Source: Candidatus Heimdallarchaeum endolithica (GTDB lineage Archaea; Asgardarchaeota; Heimdallarchaeia; Heimdallarchaeales; Heimdallarchaeaceae). From it: a stretch of 64,000 bases of DNA. The DNA lies in assembly GCA_021513715.1 (NCBI GenBank), contig CP084167.1, forward strand, positions 2,080,001-2,144,000, written 5' to 3'. This document shows positions 20,595-30,306 of this stretch, one piece after another; position 1 is the first letter of the stretch; each line of letters opens with the position of its first letter. Below the pieces are notes generated by a model. That model saw only the letters and a program-made list of their open reading frames with translations, made no database searches and was not told the DNA's origin. Made by a program: the position numbers and the translations under genes.

Positions 20595-21089
20595 CTATAA
20601 AAGATACTCTCCTTCTTCCTCTTCCTTTTCAGTTGCGGCCTTTTCGATAACGCGTATTGATTCTCCAGAAATAGTAACGGGTATTTGAAGATCAACACTT
20701 AAAAGCTCCAAGGTAACTTCTTCTTTTGCAGAATGAATATCTGTGACACGTGCTCGAGAACCCTTAAAGGGACCAGAGACGATTTCGACTATATCACCAG
20801 GGTTTACTCCTTCAATAACAGGACGAGGCATAAGAAAATGTTCTAGCTCATTAATAGGTATCTCTTCAGCTCTAGAAGAACGAGGACGTTTCCTTACGTG
20901 TCGGACTCCTTCAACTAGTAACTCTATGTGATCAATGGAACTTGATTCTATAAAGATATAACCTTTAAGAGAACCAGTAACCAAAATAGCTTTAATATCA
21001 AGCTCTGGTCGTTTATCTGCTCGACGAGCTAAATACTCAGAAACAGATTGTTCCTGCCCTATTGCTGTTCTCAATGCATATATTGGCAT
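20595..21089 (-). CDS. spt5: Transcription elongation factor Spt5/NusG
   Basis: IYALRTAIGQE, LKGYIFIE, KOW GDIVEIVSGPFKG; start chosen at ATG 21089. Confidence 0.96.
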   Translation of the reverse strand: MPIYALRTAIGQEQSVSEYLARRADKRPELDIKAILVTGSLKGYIFIESSSIDHIELLVEGVRHVRKRPRSSRAEEIPINELEHFLMPRPVIEGVNPGDIVEIVSGPFKGSRARVTDIHSAKEEVTLELLSVDLQIPVTISGESIRVIEKAATEKEEEEGEYLL

Positions 21090-21135
21090 AATTTCATCTC
21101 CACGAGGTTTAAGTAAAACGTAAGAAAGAATAATA

Positions 21136-21330
21136 TCATTTGTTAATAGCGTCAAGTATAACGTTGAACATAAGATGAAGAACCCAACCGATTAATCCAA
21201 TGACTATAATACCTAAAGCAGTAATTTTAGCAGTCATGGAAAGCTCGCGACGACTAGGCTTTTTAGCATGACGAAGTAAACGTCGACTACGAATAACGAA
21301 AGAACGAGTATTGTTAATAAATTTGCTCAT
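21136..21330 (-). CDS. secE: Protein translocase SecE/Sec61 gamma
   Basis: AKKPSRRE...ITALGIIVIGLIGW. Confidence 0.93.
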   Translation of the reverse strand: MSKFINNTRSFVIRSRRLLRHAKKPSRRELSMTAKITALGIIVIGLIGWVLHLMFNVILDAINK

Positions 21331-21406
21331 TATCTATACCTCTATTTTAAATATACTTCATGTTTAATTTTTTACTAGCATTCATAAACTTTGTTTATAA
21401 CGAAAG

Positions 21407-21904
21407 TTATTCCTCATTCTCAGAGAGAATATCAGCATACAATCCTTCATCTATCTCCTTCTGAACTACACGAGGAGCTTTACCATCACAAGTAATACCC
21501 ATACAAACCATGGTCCCAAGCAACTCTTTACAAGCAGCACCAAGAGTAGCAGCAGTAAGATCAGGCCATTTAGCTTTAGCAGCATTGATCAACTGTTGAA
21601 AAGTAATATTGCCAACAACCTCAGTGTTAGGAGTACCAGAACCCTTGGAAAGACCAGCTTCTTTTAAAATAAGAGCAGAAGCAGGAGGAATACCAACGGA
21701 AAGGGTAAACTCACGTGTTTTCTTGAAAACGGTAACAGTAACAGGAACCTTCATACCTTTATAAGCTTGAGTTTGCTTGTTAATTTCATCGACAACTTGC
21801 TTGATATTAACACCAGTAGGACCAAGAGCAGGGCCCATAGCACCACCAGGGGTAGCTTTACCACCATCTACTAAAAGATCAACAGTAACTGTATCTGAAC
21901 TCAT
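21407..21904 (-). CDS. rpl11: 50S ribosomal protein L11
   Basis: GGKATPG..MGPALGP, GMKVPV, GIPPASALI. Confidence 0.97.
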   Translation of the reverse strand: MSSDTVTVDLLVDGGKATPGGAMGPALGPTGVNIKQVVDEINKQTQAYKGMKVPVTVTVFKKTREFTLSVGIPPASALILKEAGLSKGSGTPNTEVVGNITFQQLINAAKAKWPDLTAATLGAACKELLGTMVCMGITCDGKAPRVVQKEIDEGLYADILSENEE

Positions 21905-21979
21905 AATATATTCTCCTCTAAATAATGTTAGTATATCTTAAGTCAGAAACAAAACAACGTTACTTAAATATATTGATTT

Positions 21980-22262
21980 TAAACAAATAAAAAAAGAAGA
22001 GAAACATAAATCAAAAATAAAAAAAAAGAAGAGAAAGAAAAAAGAAAGAAAAAGAAAAAATGGAAAAAAAGAAGTAGAGGAAAAAAGGGAAAAAAGAGAA
22101 GAAAGAATAAGAGGGGAAAAAAAAGAGAAAATAAAGAATTTGAAAGAAAAATGGGAGGGAGAAGAAAGAATAAGGAAAGAGAAGAAAAAAAGAAAAAAAC
22201 AAAATCCATAAAAGTTAAAAAGAAATCGGTAATCAAAAGAATAGAAGGAAAAAACAAAAAAA
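21980..22262. repeat. Polypurine low-complexity tract upstream of tRNA-Gly
   Basis: Strongly A/G-rich on +. Confidence 0.8.
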
Positions 22263-22263
22263 A

Positions 22264-22370
22264 GCGCCAATAGTCTAGTGGCTAGGACCTCTGACTTCCA
22301 TTAGAAGGCTTCTAATAAGCATTCACGAAGAAATCAGAATACCTGGGTTCAATTCCCAGTTGGCGCACCA
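22264..22370 (+). tRNA. tRNA-Gly(TCC) with ~32-nt intron (22301..22332)
   Basis: GCGCCAA/TTGGCGC, TCTGA-CTTCCA[intron]A-TCAGA, TTCAATT, CCA. Confidence 0.93.
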
Positions 22371-22389
22371 GCTTTTTTATTTACTACTT

Positions 22390-22612
22390 TTAGATTAGGA
22401 AGTCTGTTATTTTTGTTTGTCCTCTTTTTTCATTATTTCTTTTCTTTTGCTTGTACATTGACCATAATCCTTTTGGCGTTAGCATTTTTAGCAATTCTCC
22501 ATCGATACCATAATCAATTTTTATAGAAATCAATTAGTATATTCTCGTTGACCATAAATTTCTCTAAAATAATTTCTGATTCATGTTCTTGAAGGTGTTT
22601 CCTTGAAGCCAT
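22390..22612 (-). pseudogene. Frameshifted remnant of a DUF4365-like PD-(D/E)xK nuclease
   Basis: MASRKHLQEHESE... then DYGIDGE in a shifted frame and VNVQAK in the original frame. Confidence 0.45.
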
Positions 22613-22737
22613 TTCAAATTCAAAAATAACATTTCGATATATAAACATAATAATAAAAAAATAAGATGTGTTACATTAGACTATGTTTTTTTCTTTTTTA
22701 TAAATTAATTAAAAGATTAAAGATTAGCGTGAATATC

Positions 22738-23649
22738 ATGTTCCAAAAACATGTTAGTATTAGCGTTACTGATGTTCTTGAAGATGATTTTTGTACAATA
22801 AGACCGTATATTGCAGTTCTACTTAAAATGAATAAATTGAGAGAGTATGCTTCTTCTTCAAGATCTATGGAGCTAGGAACTTTTTACCATCTACTTCTAC
22901 AATCTGTTTTATCAAACAATTTCGACTTAGTACAACATTTTTACATACACGAAAAACTATCCGTCAAAGAATCTTTTTTTACCGCTTTATATGAGTTGAC
23001 AGAAAGATTTTTCTTTCCTGATGGAGAGAAGGACTTTGATTGTATAATTGAAAGAGAAAAAGAAGTAAAGTTTGACGATAAGCTTTATTTTAATTTACGC
23101 ACTTTGGCTATGCTTTGTTCTACTTTAGTTGAAGAGAATAATAAAGGAAGATTAATTTCTCTTGTTATAGGAACTGAATACAAAATTGAGTATGAATTAT
23201 CAGAAAAATTTCTTTTAACAGGCAGAATAGATATTGTAGCTTGGACAGTAGATCGAACAGCAATAAGAGTGATAGAACTAAAAACAGGAAAAAAATCACC
23301 AAGAGATAAAAGGCAAGTGTTAACCTACTCAGAAATTATTAGAAAAAAGAAACCTAATATCGAAATTACTCCTGAACTGTGGTACTTAAATAACAATGAT
23401 GAAAAGAAAAGAATAATATTAGATATACCTAAGGAGGATATAGAATTAAAAAGGATTAGTAGTATTATATCCTTTGTTGAGAAACTAAAATCTGAAAAAC
23501 AATTATCACCTAGAATTAAAAACAAGAAATATTGTAACAAAAAGTGTAGAATGTGTGAATATATAGATGAATTCTTTGTACAAAATAAAACAATGCCCAA
23601 AAAGGACGAAATTGTTTGGAAAAAAATAAGGCTTAAACAAGAAAAGTAA
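22738..23649 (+). CDS. Solo Cas4/RecB-like PD-(D/E)xK nuclease with Fe-S cysteines
   Basis: N-terminal Cys, GTFYH, GRIDIV, IELKTG, QVLTY, C-terminal CxxxCxxC. Confidence 0.82.
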   Translation: MFQKHVSISVTDVLEDDFCTIRPYIAVLLKMNKLREYASSSRSMELGTFYHLLLQSVLSNNFDLVQHFYIHEKLSVKESFFTALYELTERFFFPDGEKDFDCIIEREKEVKFDDKLYFNLRTLAMLCSTLVEENNKGRLISLVIGTEYKIEYELSEKFLLTGRIDIVAWTVDRTAIRVIELKTGKKSPRDKRQVLTYSEIIRKKKPNIEITPELWYLNNNDEKKRIILDIPKEDIELKRISSIISFVEKLKSEKQLSPRIKNKKYCNKKCRMCEYIDEFFVQNKTMPKKDEIVWKKIRLKQEK

Positions 23650-23807
23650 GTTAAATTACATTCATTATCTCAAAAAAAAATAGATCTTTTGACAGTTATT
23701 AAACCATTTTCGTTGAATTTACAACATCAAGAAAAGCATAACAATAAGCGAAAAATTTAATTAAGAAAGAAAAAGCATTAATCAGAAATTAATTAAAAAT
23801 AATTTAT

Positions 23808-23915
23808 GCTCGCGTAGTCTAGTTTGGCTAGGACTCGTCACTGCCAAGCTGCTTTCTGTATGAAAGTAGTTGTGGAACTGACGGAACCCGGGTTCAAATC
23901 CCGGCGCGTGCACCA
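23808..23915 (+). tRNA. tRNA-Gly(GCC) with ~31-nt intron (23847..23877)
   Basis: CGTCA-CTGCCA[intron]C-TGACG, TTCAAAT, CCA; U3:U70 mismatch in the acceptor stem. Confidence 0.88.
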
Positions 23916-23916
23916 C

Positions 23917-24111
23917 TTTCATTTTTCTTATTTCAAATTAACACTTTTTCAACCTTGTTTCTTTTCGTGAATCACACGTGCTTGCCAATAAAATTTTTCA
24001 TTTTTCTTATTTCAAATTAACACTTTTTCAACCTTGTTTCTTTTCGTGAATCACACGTGCTTGCCAATAAAATTTTTCATTTTTCTTATTTCAAATTAAT
24101 ACTTTTTCAAC
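23917..24111. repeat. 79-bp tandem repeat, ~2.5 copies
   Basis: Unit recurs at 23917, 23996 and 24075. Confidence 0.92.
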
Positions 24112-24238
24112 TTTTAAATGTTGTATGAAATCGGTTTTTACCTAATATATTTCTTTAGTAATTTAAAAAAGATAATTAACGAATCAGCATATCTAGCGTT
24201 TTACTTTGTTTTTTTTTTAAATTAATTTTAACCTATCC

Positions 24239-25132
24239 TCAATTTATTTTATCCTTTTTTTTGTTTATTTCCTCAACTAATTTTTTTATTTCCTTATCCT
24301 GATCTTCCTTATTTAGTGCAAATCTAAACATTGCATCAGGTTTTTGTATTTTTACTATATCACTTGTTATTGTTAATTTTTCTCTATTTATCATTCTATA
24401 ATTATCTATTGCTGTAAAGTATTTTTCTGGTTCGTATGTTATTATTGTTCCTGGTCCTACTAATATTACTATATTTGCTTTTCTCACGCACCACGCTGGA
24501 TGAGCTGAGTTGTTAAACCCCTCAATTAGTATTATTTTTTCTTTTTTTTCCCAATAATTAAATGTTGATTCTGTTGCTTTAGCATAATAATCCATATTTA
24601 GAGCTATATACTCTTCTTCATTTGAGTATGTATTTATTTTCTCTGCTTTTTTTCTTAATTCTTCTATTATCTCTTCTTCATTAAAGAACTTTGTATTTTT
24701 ATAGCTTTGATTATTTATTATGTAGTAATTTTTGCTTTTATTCTCTTCTTCTATAATTGTAAATCTTTGTATTAGCGCCACACTTTCTGTAAATCTATTA
24801 TAATAAGTTTGAGTCACTCCTTCCTTTATGAATTCGTAAGGTATTGCTGGTGTATTTAATTTATGAACTGGGTTATTAATTGTTGGATTTTCTACTTTAG
24901 TCTCTGCTTGTTCTACTAGTTCTACTATATCTAGTGATAGTATCTCTTTGTATTTATCAAAATTTTTTCTTATTTCTTTGAAGTTATAATATAAATTATT
25001 CCCACTTAAAGGTTTGAAAGGTTGGACTTTTATTCCTTGTTCTTCTTTGAATTGTCTCATTATTTCCTTGCTTAGTGTCGTTTTACCCGAGTTGTATTCC
25101 AATAATCCAGCTACAAAGATAACAAAAACCAT
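24239..25132 (-). CDS. Archaeal P-loop ATPase/GTPase (COG4028-like)
   Basis: VAGLLEYNSGKTT, PFKPLSGNN, NNPV, LIEGFNN motifs. Confidence 0.75.
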   Translation of the reverse strand: MVFVIFVAGLLEYNSGKTTLSKEIMRQFKEEQGIKVQPFKPLSGNNLYYNFKEIRKNFDKYKEILSLDIVELVEQAETKVENPTINNPVHKLNTPAIPYEFIKEGVTQTYYNRFTESVALIQRFTIIEEENKSKNYYIINNQSYKNTKFFNEEEIIEELRKKAEKINTYSNEEEYIALNMDYYAKATESTFNYWEKKEKIILIEGFNNSAHPAWCVRKANIVILVGPGTIITYEPEKYFTAIDNYRMINREKLTITSDIVKIQKPDAMFRFALNKEDQDKEIKKLVEEINKKKDKIN

Positions 25133-25180
25133 ATTTGCACAATTACTTTACTCAATTTAAGTATTTTTTTCAGTATATTT

Positions 25181-28100
25181 ATTTCAATCCTATATTAGTC
25201 CAATTTTAACCTGCAAAGCTTTTGATATAACTTCAAAGTAGCTAGAATTTCAATCCTAAATTAGTCCAATTTTAACACCAACTGGTTCAAAGTACTATTT
25301 CAGCAAAGCTATATTTCAATCCTATATTAGTCCAATTTTAACATTTTCTCCTTGAAGGGTAGGGGGCTAGTCTTCCATATTTCAATCCTATATTAGTCCA
25401 ATTTTAACACCAACTGGTTCAAAGTACTATTTCAGCAAAGCTATATTTCAATCCTATATTAGTCCAATTTTAACCCAATTTTTACATTCATCTATAGCAT
25501 GATTACAAAAATTTCAATCCTATATTAGTCCAATTTTAACGTTTATTCAGAAACAGATAATAGAACAGTTGAGGTCGAATTTCAATCCTATATTAGTCCA
25601 ATTTTAACGATTGTGAGTGTTTGTTCATAAAGCGTAGAATTAACATATTTCAATCCTATATTAGTCCAATTTTAACTTCTGTTTCAGCATAGTCTTGATA
25701 ATTGGGATAGGAATTTCAATCCTATATTAGTCCAATTTTAACTTTGATTGCTGATTTTACTTTAGAAGTTAAGAATTTTAAGGATTTCAATCCTATATTA
25801 GTCCAATTTTAACTATTGAATGAAATCTTATCTGAATACTCTTCTAATAATTTCAATCCTATATTAGTCCAATTTTAACTTGTTGTTACTTCTTCAACAG
25901 TACATTCAATATTTGTATTTCAATCCTATATTAGTCCAATTTTAACGTTCTCTGCACCCCCGAGTATGAATTTCCCGACTGCATTTCAATCCTATATTAG
26001 TCCAATTTTAACTTGTTGTTACTTCTTCAACAGTACATTCAATATTTGTATTTCAATCCTATATTAGTCCAATTTTAACGTTCAAGTATGAAATTCAGAC
26101 CGAAACCATTTGAAAAATTTCAATCCTATATTAGTCCAATTTTAACAGTCAAACAATAAAGAAGCGTGAGAGTCATATTTTACATTTCAATCCTATATTA
26201 GTCCAATTTTAACGCATTGTTTATTAGGACAGTCAAGTACTTCAAAATAATTTCAATCCTATATTAGTCCAATTTTAACACTTAAAGTTAATGGAGAGTT
26301 TGAGGTAAAGGCTAAATTTCAATCCTATATTAGTCCAATTTCAACACTACCAGCGAAAGGATCAAGAACAATATCATCTTCTATTTCAATCCTATATTAG
26401 TCCAATTTTAACGAGATAAATCAGCATCTTCAGTCATATCATAAGTAATATATTTCAATCCTATATTAGTCCAATTTTAACTTCATCTAAAATTATCAGG
26501 AGTGTCTTCAACAACATATTTCAATCCTATATTAGTCCAATTTTAACCAATACTCAAATCTCAGAAATGAGTGATATGATCGTATTTCAATCCTATATTA
26601 GTCCAATTTTAACTCTGACTGGCCGAATTGGTATGACTTCTGATAGTGAATTTCAATCCTATATTAGTCCAATTTTAACCCAATTTTTACATTCATCTAT
26701 AGCATGATTACAAAAATTTCAATCCTATATTAGTCCAATTTTAACCCAATTTTTACATTCATCTATAGCATGATTACAAAAATTTCAATCCTATATTAGT
26801 CCAATTTTAACCTCTTGTTTCTGGTTTCTCTATTCTAACAGGTAAAATATTTCAATCCTATATTAGTCCAATTTTAACCACTTCAAGAGTTTTACTATTA
26901 CTTTGAATGATAAAATTTCAATCCTATATTAGTCCAATTTTAACTACACAAAAAAGAATAGTAATATATAAAAGAAGAAAATTTCAATCCTATATTAGTC
27001 CAATTTTAACGAATAAGCCTCCTACTTTATAATAACGCTTCTTCTTAAAAGTATTTCAATCCTATATTAGTCCAATTTTAACTATTCTGTTTTAGCAATA
27101 GCTATTTTTTCAAAAGCTATTTCAATCCTATATTAGTCCAATTTTAACGAATACTCAGAAGGCAATTAATCAACCTGACTAAACATTTCAATCCTATATT
27201 AGTCCAATTTTAACAGTTCCTACTTCATAGATCGTTTTTCTCTTGTCCAAATTTCAATCCTATATTAGTCCAATTTTAACTAATCATTACCTGATGTATA
27301 AGAAGATGAAAATCCAATTTCAATCCTATATTAGTCCAATTTTAACCTATCTCCTTCACATGATATTTCAACTGTCTTCTTAATTTCAATCCTATATTAG
27401 TCCAATTTTAACTAAGTAAGAAAGGATCTTATCACCGATAGTACGAAAATTTCAATCCTATATTAGTCCAATTTTAACAAGAACTTTTCTAATTTTTTCT
27501 TTTTTAAAAATAATATTTCAATCCTATATTAGTCCAATTTTAACTTATTATATTCTCACCCTTATTAAATGCTAGAATATATTTCAATCCTATATTAGTC
27601 CAATTTTAACATTTGAGCCTATAAAAGCAAGTAATGGGCCAATCACATTTCAATCCTATATTAGTCCAATTTTAACTAAATGAACCAGATAAAAGTAATG
27701 TCACAAATTATGATTTCAATCCTATATTAGTCCAATTTTAACAATAGAGTCTTCTTATTCAACAAATACAGATGAGAAATTTCAATCCTATATTAGTCCA
27801 ATTTTAACTTCCATAATAAGATCAATAACATCATTATGAAGAAAATTTCAATCCTATATTAGTCCAATTTTAACACATTGCTATTGTCCCGACAATAACA
27901 TCATCATATTTATTTCAATCCTATATTAGTCCAATTTTAACTAGCAACTTGTTTAGCTTTTTGAGAAATTACTGCAATTTCAATCCTATATTAGTCCAAT
28001 TTTAACCCGCCCCAGCAACTAGTGCCAGTAAAATAACAGTTGATTTCAATCCTATATTAGTCCAATTTTAACAGGGTTTTGTTTAAACAGTTGTTCATCG

Positions 28101-28270
28101 GCTCCATGATTTCAATCCTATATTAGTCCAATTTTAACAATACTGAAAACTTTATTCTCCATGCACTTAAACAGATTTCAATCCTATATTAGTCCAATTT
28201 TAACCGTCATACTGAAAAGTGATCTTCTTGTTGCTAACAGATTTCAATCCTATATTAGTCCAATTTTAAC
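25181..28270 (-). CRISPR. Type I-B CRISPR array, 47 repeats / 46 spacers (35-42 nt)
   Basis: 30-bp repeat ATTTCAATCCTATATTAGTCCAATTTTAAC on +; ATTGAAAT 3' end and leader beside cas2 imply minus-strand transcription. Confidence 0.98.
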
Positions 28271-28382
28271 ACTTGTTATATTCTTCTACCACTTCATTTT
28301 TCTCTTATCTTCTAAAGATGTTTGTCTGGGATCATATATAGTGTTATTCCTTTATAAATATCCCAGATTTTTTTATAATAAG
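28271..28382 (-). promoter_or_regulatory. CRISPR leader with TATA-like TTTATAAA
   Basis: AT-rich, lies between cas2 and the first repeat; homologous to 38063..38150. Confidence 0.8.
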
Positions 28383-28646
28383 TTATATGAATTGCCCTGT
28401 TTCTACTTTTTCAATCCCTAAGTTAGACAACTTAACTAGTTCTTTACTTCGTATAGTATAAATTCTCACACAATCATGTTCTTCATTCATTAGACGTTTT
28501 AGGCCATTTTCTATTTCTACTAGTTGTGTTTTCGTTATTTCTCCTTCAAAAACTGAATTTTGAACTCTTTCTAAGAAGCATCTCAGAAAGTTACATACTT
28601 TTGACACTCTTTCTACTCCCACGTCATAAACTATTATGGCATACAT
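28383..28646 (-). CDS. cas2: CRISPR-associated Cas2
   Basis: IIVYDV, RVQNSVFEGEIT. Confidence 0.97.
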   Translation of the reverse strand: MYAIIVYDVGVERVSKVCNFLRCFLERVQNSVFEGEITKTQLVEIENGLKRLMNEEHDCVRIYTIRSKELVKLSNLGIEKVETGQFI

Positions 28647-28647
28647 T

Positions 28648-29727
28648 TTACCACCAAATTACGAAGGGTTCATATTTTTTCATCCCCAATAAATGTTTGC
28701 ACAATTTTATGCATTCCAAATAAATCAATCTCTCATAAGAAACATTTCTTTTAAGGGAGCGATGTTTTATTGTAGAATTTAATTTTTTCTCATATTCCAT
28801 CACAAAAATTTTTTTACCTTTTTCATTCAACAAGCAGCTATTTAACTCTTTTACAAAATGCTTTTCTGTTATTATCTGTTTGTTAGTTAATTTAAATATG
28901 ACCCGATCTACTATTAATGGTTTAAATATTTCTGAGAGGTCTAAAGATAGTGAATATCTTCTTTCTGATGGTTCATGTAAAAAAGCGATTGTTTGATTCA
29001 ATTGTGTGTGGTAAATATTTTTTATTATTGTTGAATAAAGAAGGGCGTTTCCAAAACTTATCATAGCATTAATAGGATTCAGGGGAGGTTGTTTTGTTCT
29101 TTTCTCAAATTTAAAAGTATTTTTTATAATAACATCAAAGCAGGCATAATATTTATTCCGTATACCACCTTCAAGAGCTCTTAATTTGTTAATATCAATT
29201 ATATTTGTGATTTTTTTTATCTCATTTTCAATATATTCTATCTTACTTTCAAAGTCTCTTCCCTCGCTTTGGTAATATTTTAGATTTCTCAACATATTTA
29301 GAGATGCTCCTTCAATAAATTTTCTTGCTAGAAGAATTCTCTTTCTGTAATCTAAGTAGTGTGCAGCTTGGTTTATATGCATTTTTCCAGACAGTAAACT
29401 TTCTTTTGGAATAATGGAACCCTCATAATTACCATAATATCCAAAGAAATGGACGGGGATTGATTTTTTGCATAGCAAGGAGATAACTCCTGAAGTAAGA
29501 GATACTCTACCATATAAAAACAGATTTCCTATTTGCTCAATTGGTAAGATCCTTTTTTCATATTCAAGTTTATTGGCAATATTTTCTGTTTCAACGTCAA
29601 ATTCCTCTTCATCAATCTCGGCCTTAAATACTTTATTATTTTCTTCTTGTTTTTGATAAATGAAATAAATGGTATTATATTTTCTAATTAATTTACCATT
29701 TTTTAAAATATAGAAATTTTTATTCAC
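28648..29727 (-). CDS. cas1: CRISPR-associated Cas1 (type I-B)
   Basis: HFFGYYG, NAMISFGNALLY, FLHEP...SLSLDLSEIFKP. Confidence 0.97.
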   Translation of the reverse strand: MNKNFYILKNGKLIRKYNTIYFIYQKQEENNKVFKAEIDEEEFDVETENIANKLEYEKRILPIEQIGNLFLYGRVSLTSGVISLLCKKSIPVHFFGYYGNYEGSIIPKESLLSGKMHINQAAHYLDYRKRILLARKFIEGASLNMLRNLKYYQSEGRDFESKIEYIENEIKKITNIIDINKLRALEGGIRNKYYACFDVIIKNTFKFEKRTKQPPLNPINAMISFGNALLYSTIIKNIYHTQLNQTIAFLHEPSERRYSLSLDLSEIFKPLIVDRVIFKLTNKQIITEKHFVKELNSCLLNEKGKKIFVMEYEKKLNSTIKHRSLKRNVSYERLIYLECIKLCKHLLGMKKYEPFVIWW

Positions 29728-29730
29728 TTT

Positions 29731-30243
29731 TCACACCCAACAAAACTCAAAATATGCACATTTTCTACAATAACTTTTTTTTTCAGGTTTTGGAGGACTA
29801 GGCATTGCAAGTATTTCTTTTATTTCAGCTAATATGTTTTCTAACTTTTTTTCTATTTCAGCATTTAAAGTTAAATTGATTCTTTTTTTAACAAGAGGAT
29901 AGTCAATAATTCCTTCTACGAGTTCAATTTTTTTGGTCCGTTTAAGATAATATATATAATAATAAAGTTGATATTTATGCGCGTCCTCAAGACTTTGTGA
30001 TTTTTTAATTTCATGCAAAATCAATTTTTCTCCTTTTTTCAAAAAATCAATAGCTATTTTGTTATCAACGATAATGTTTTTTTTCATTCTAGGATAAGTT
30101 ACTTCATGAATAAAACTACCTAGTCTTACTTCTTCAGAGGATTGTTCCATTCCCATGTTATAGGAAAATAACCACAGCTTTGTTTTGCATACTATGGAGT
30201 AATTGATTTGTAACCCCCTAAAAAAGTCGAACTCGTTCAGCAT
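29731..30243 (-). CDS. cas4: CRISPR-associated Cas4
   Basis: CKTKLWLF, HEIKKS, QLYYY, CRKCAYFEFC. Confidence 0.96.
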   Translation of the reverse strand: MLNEFDFFRGLQINYSIVCKTKLWLFSYNMGMEQSSEEVRLGSFIHEVTYPRMKKNIIVDNKIAIDFLKKGEKLILHEIKKSQSLEDAHKYQLYYYIYYLKRTKKIELVEGIIDYPLVKKRINLTLNAEIEKKLENILAEIKEILAMPSPPKPEKKSYCRKCAYFEFCWV

Positions 30244-30306
30244 AATAATTTCATTTTACTAAAATATTAAAGCATTTTTAAAAATTTTAAAATTGGCTTT
30301 TGTTTT

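Noticed and set aside
21938-22270. Three overlapping Phe-rich ORFs
   Set aside because: Reverse complement of a poly-A/G tract, not coding
28139-28240. Two newest spacers share ATACTGAAAA and AACAG
   Set aside because: Similarity is short and out of register; cannot be distinguished from chance without protospacers
28161-28421. 86-aa ORF across CRISPR repeats and leader
   Set aside because: Translation of repeats; not a gene
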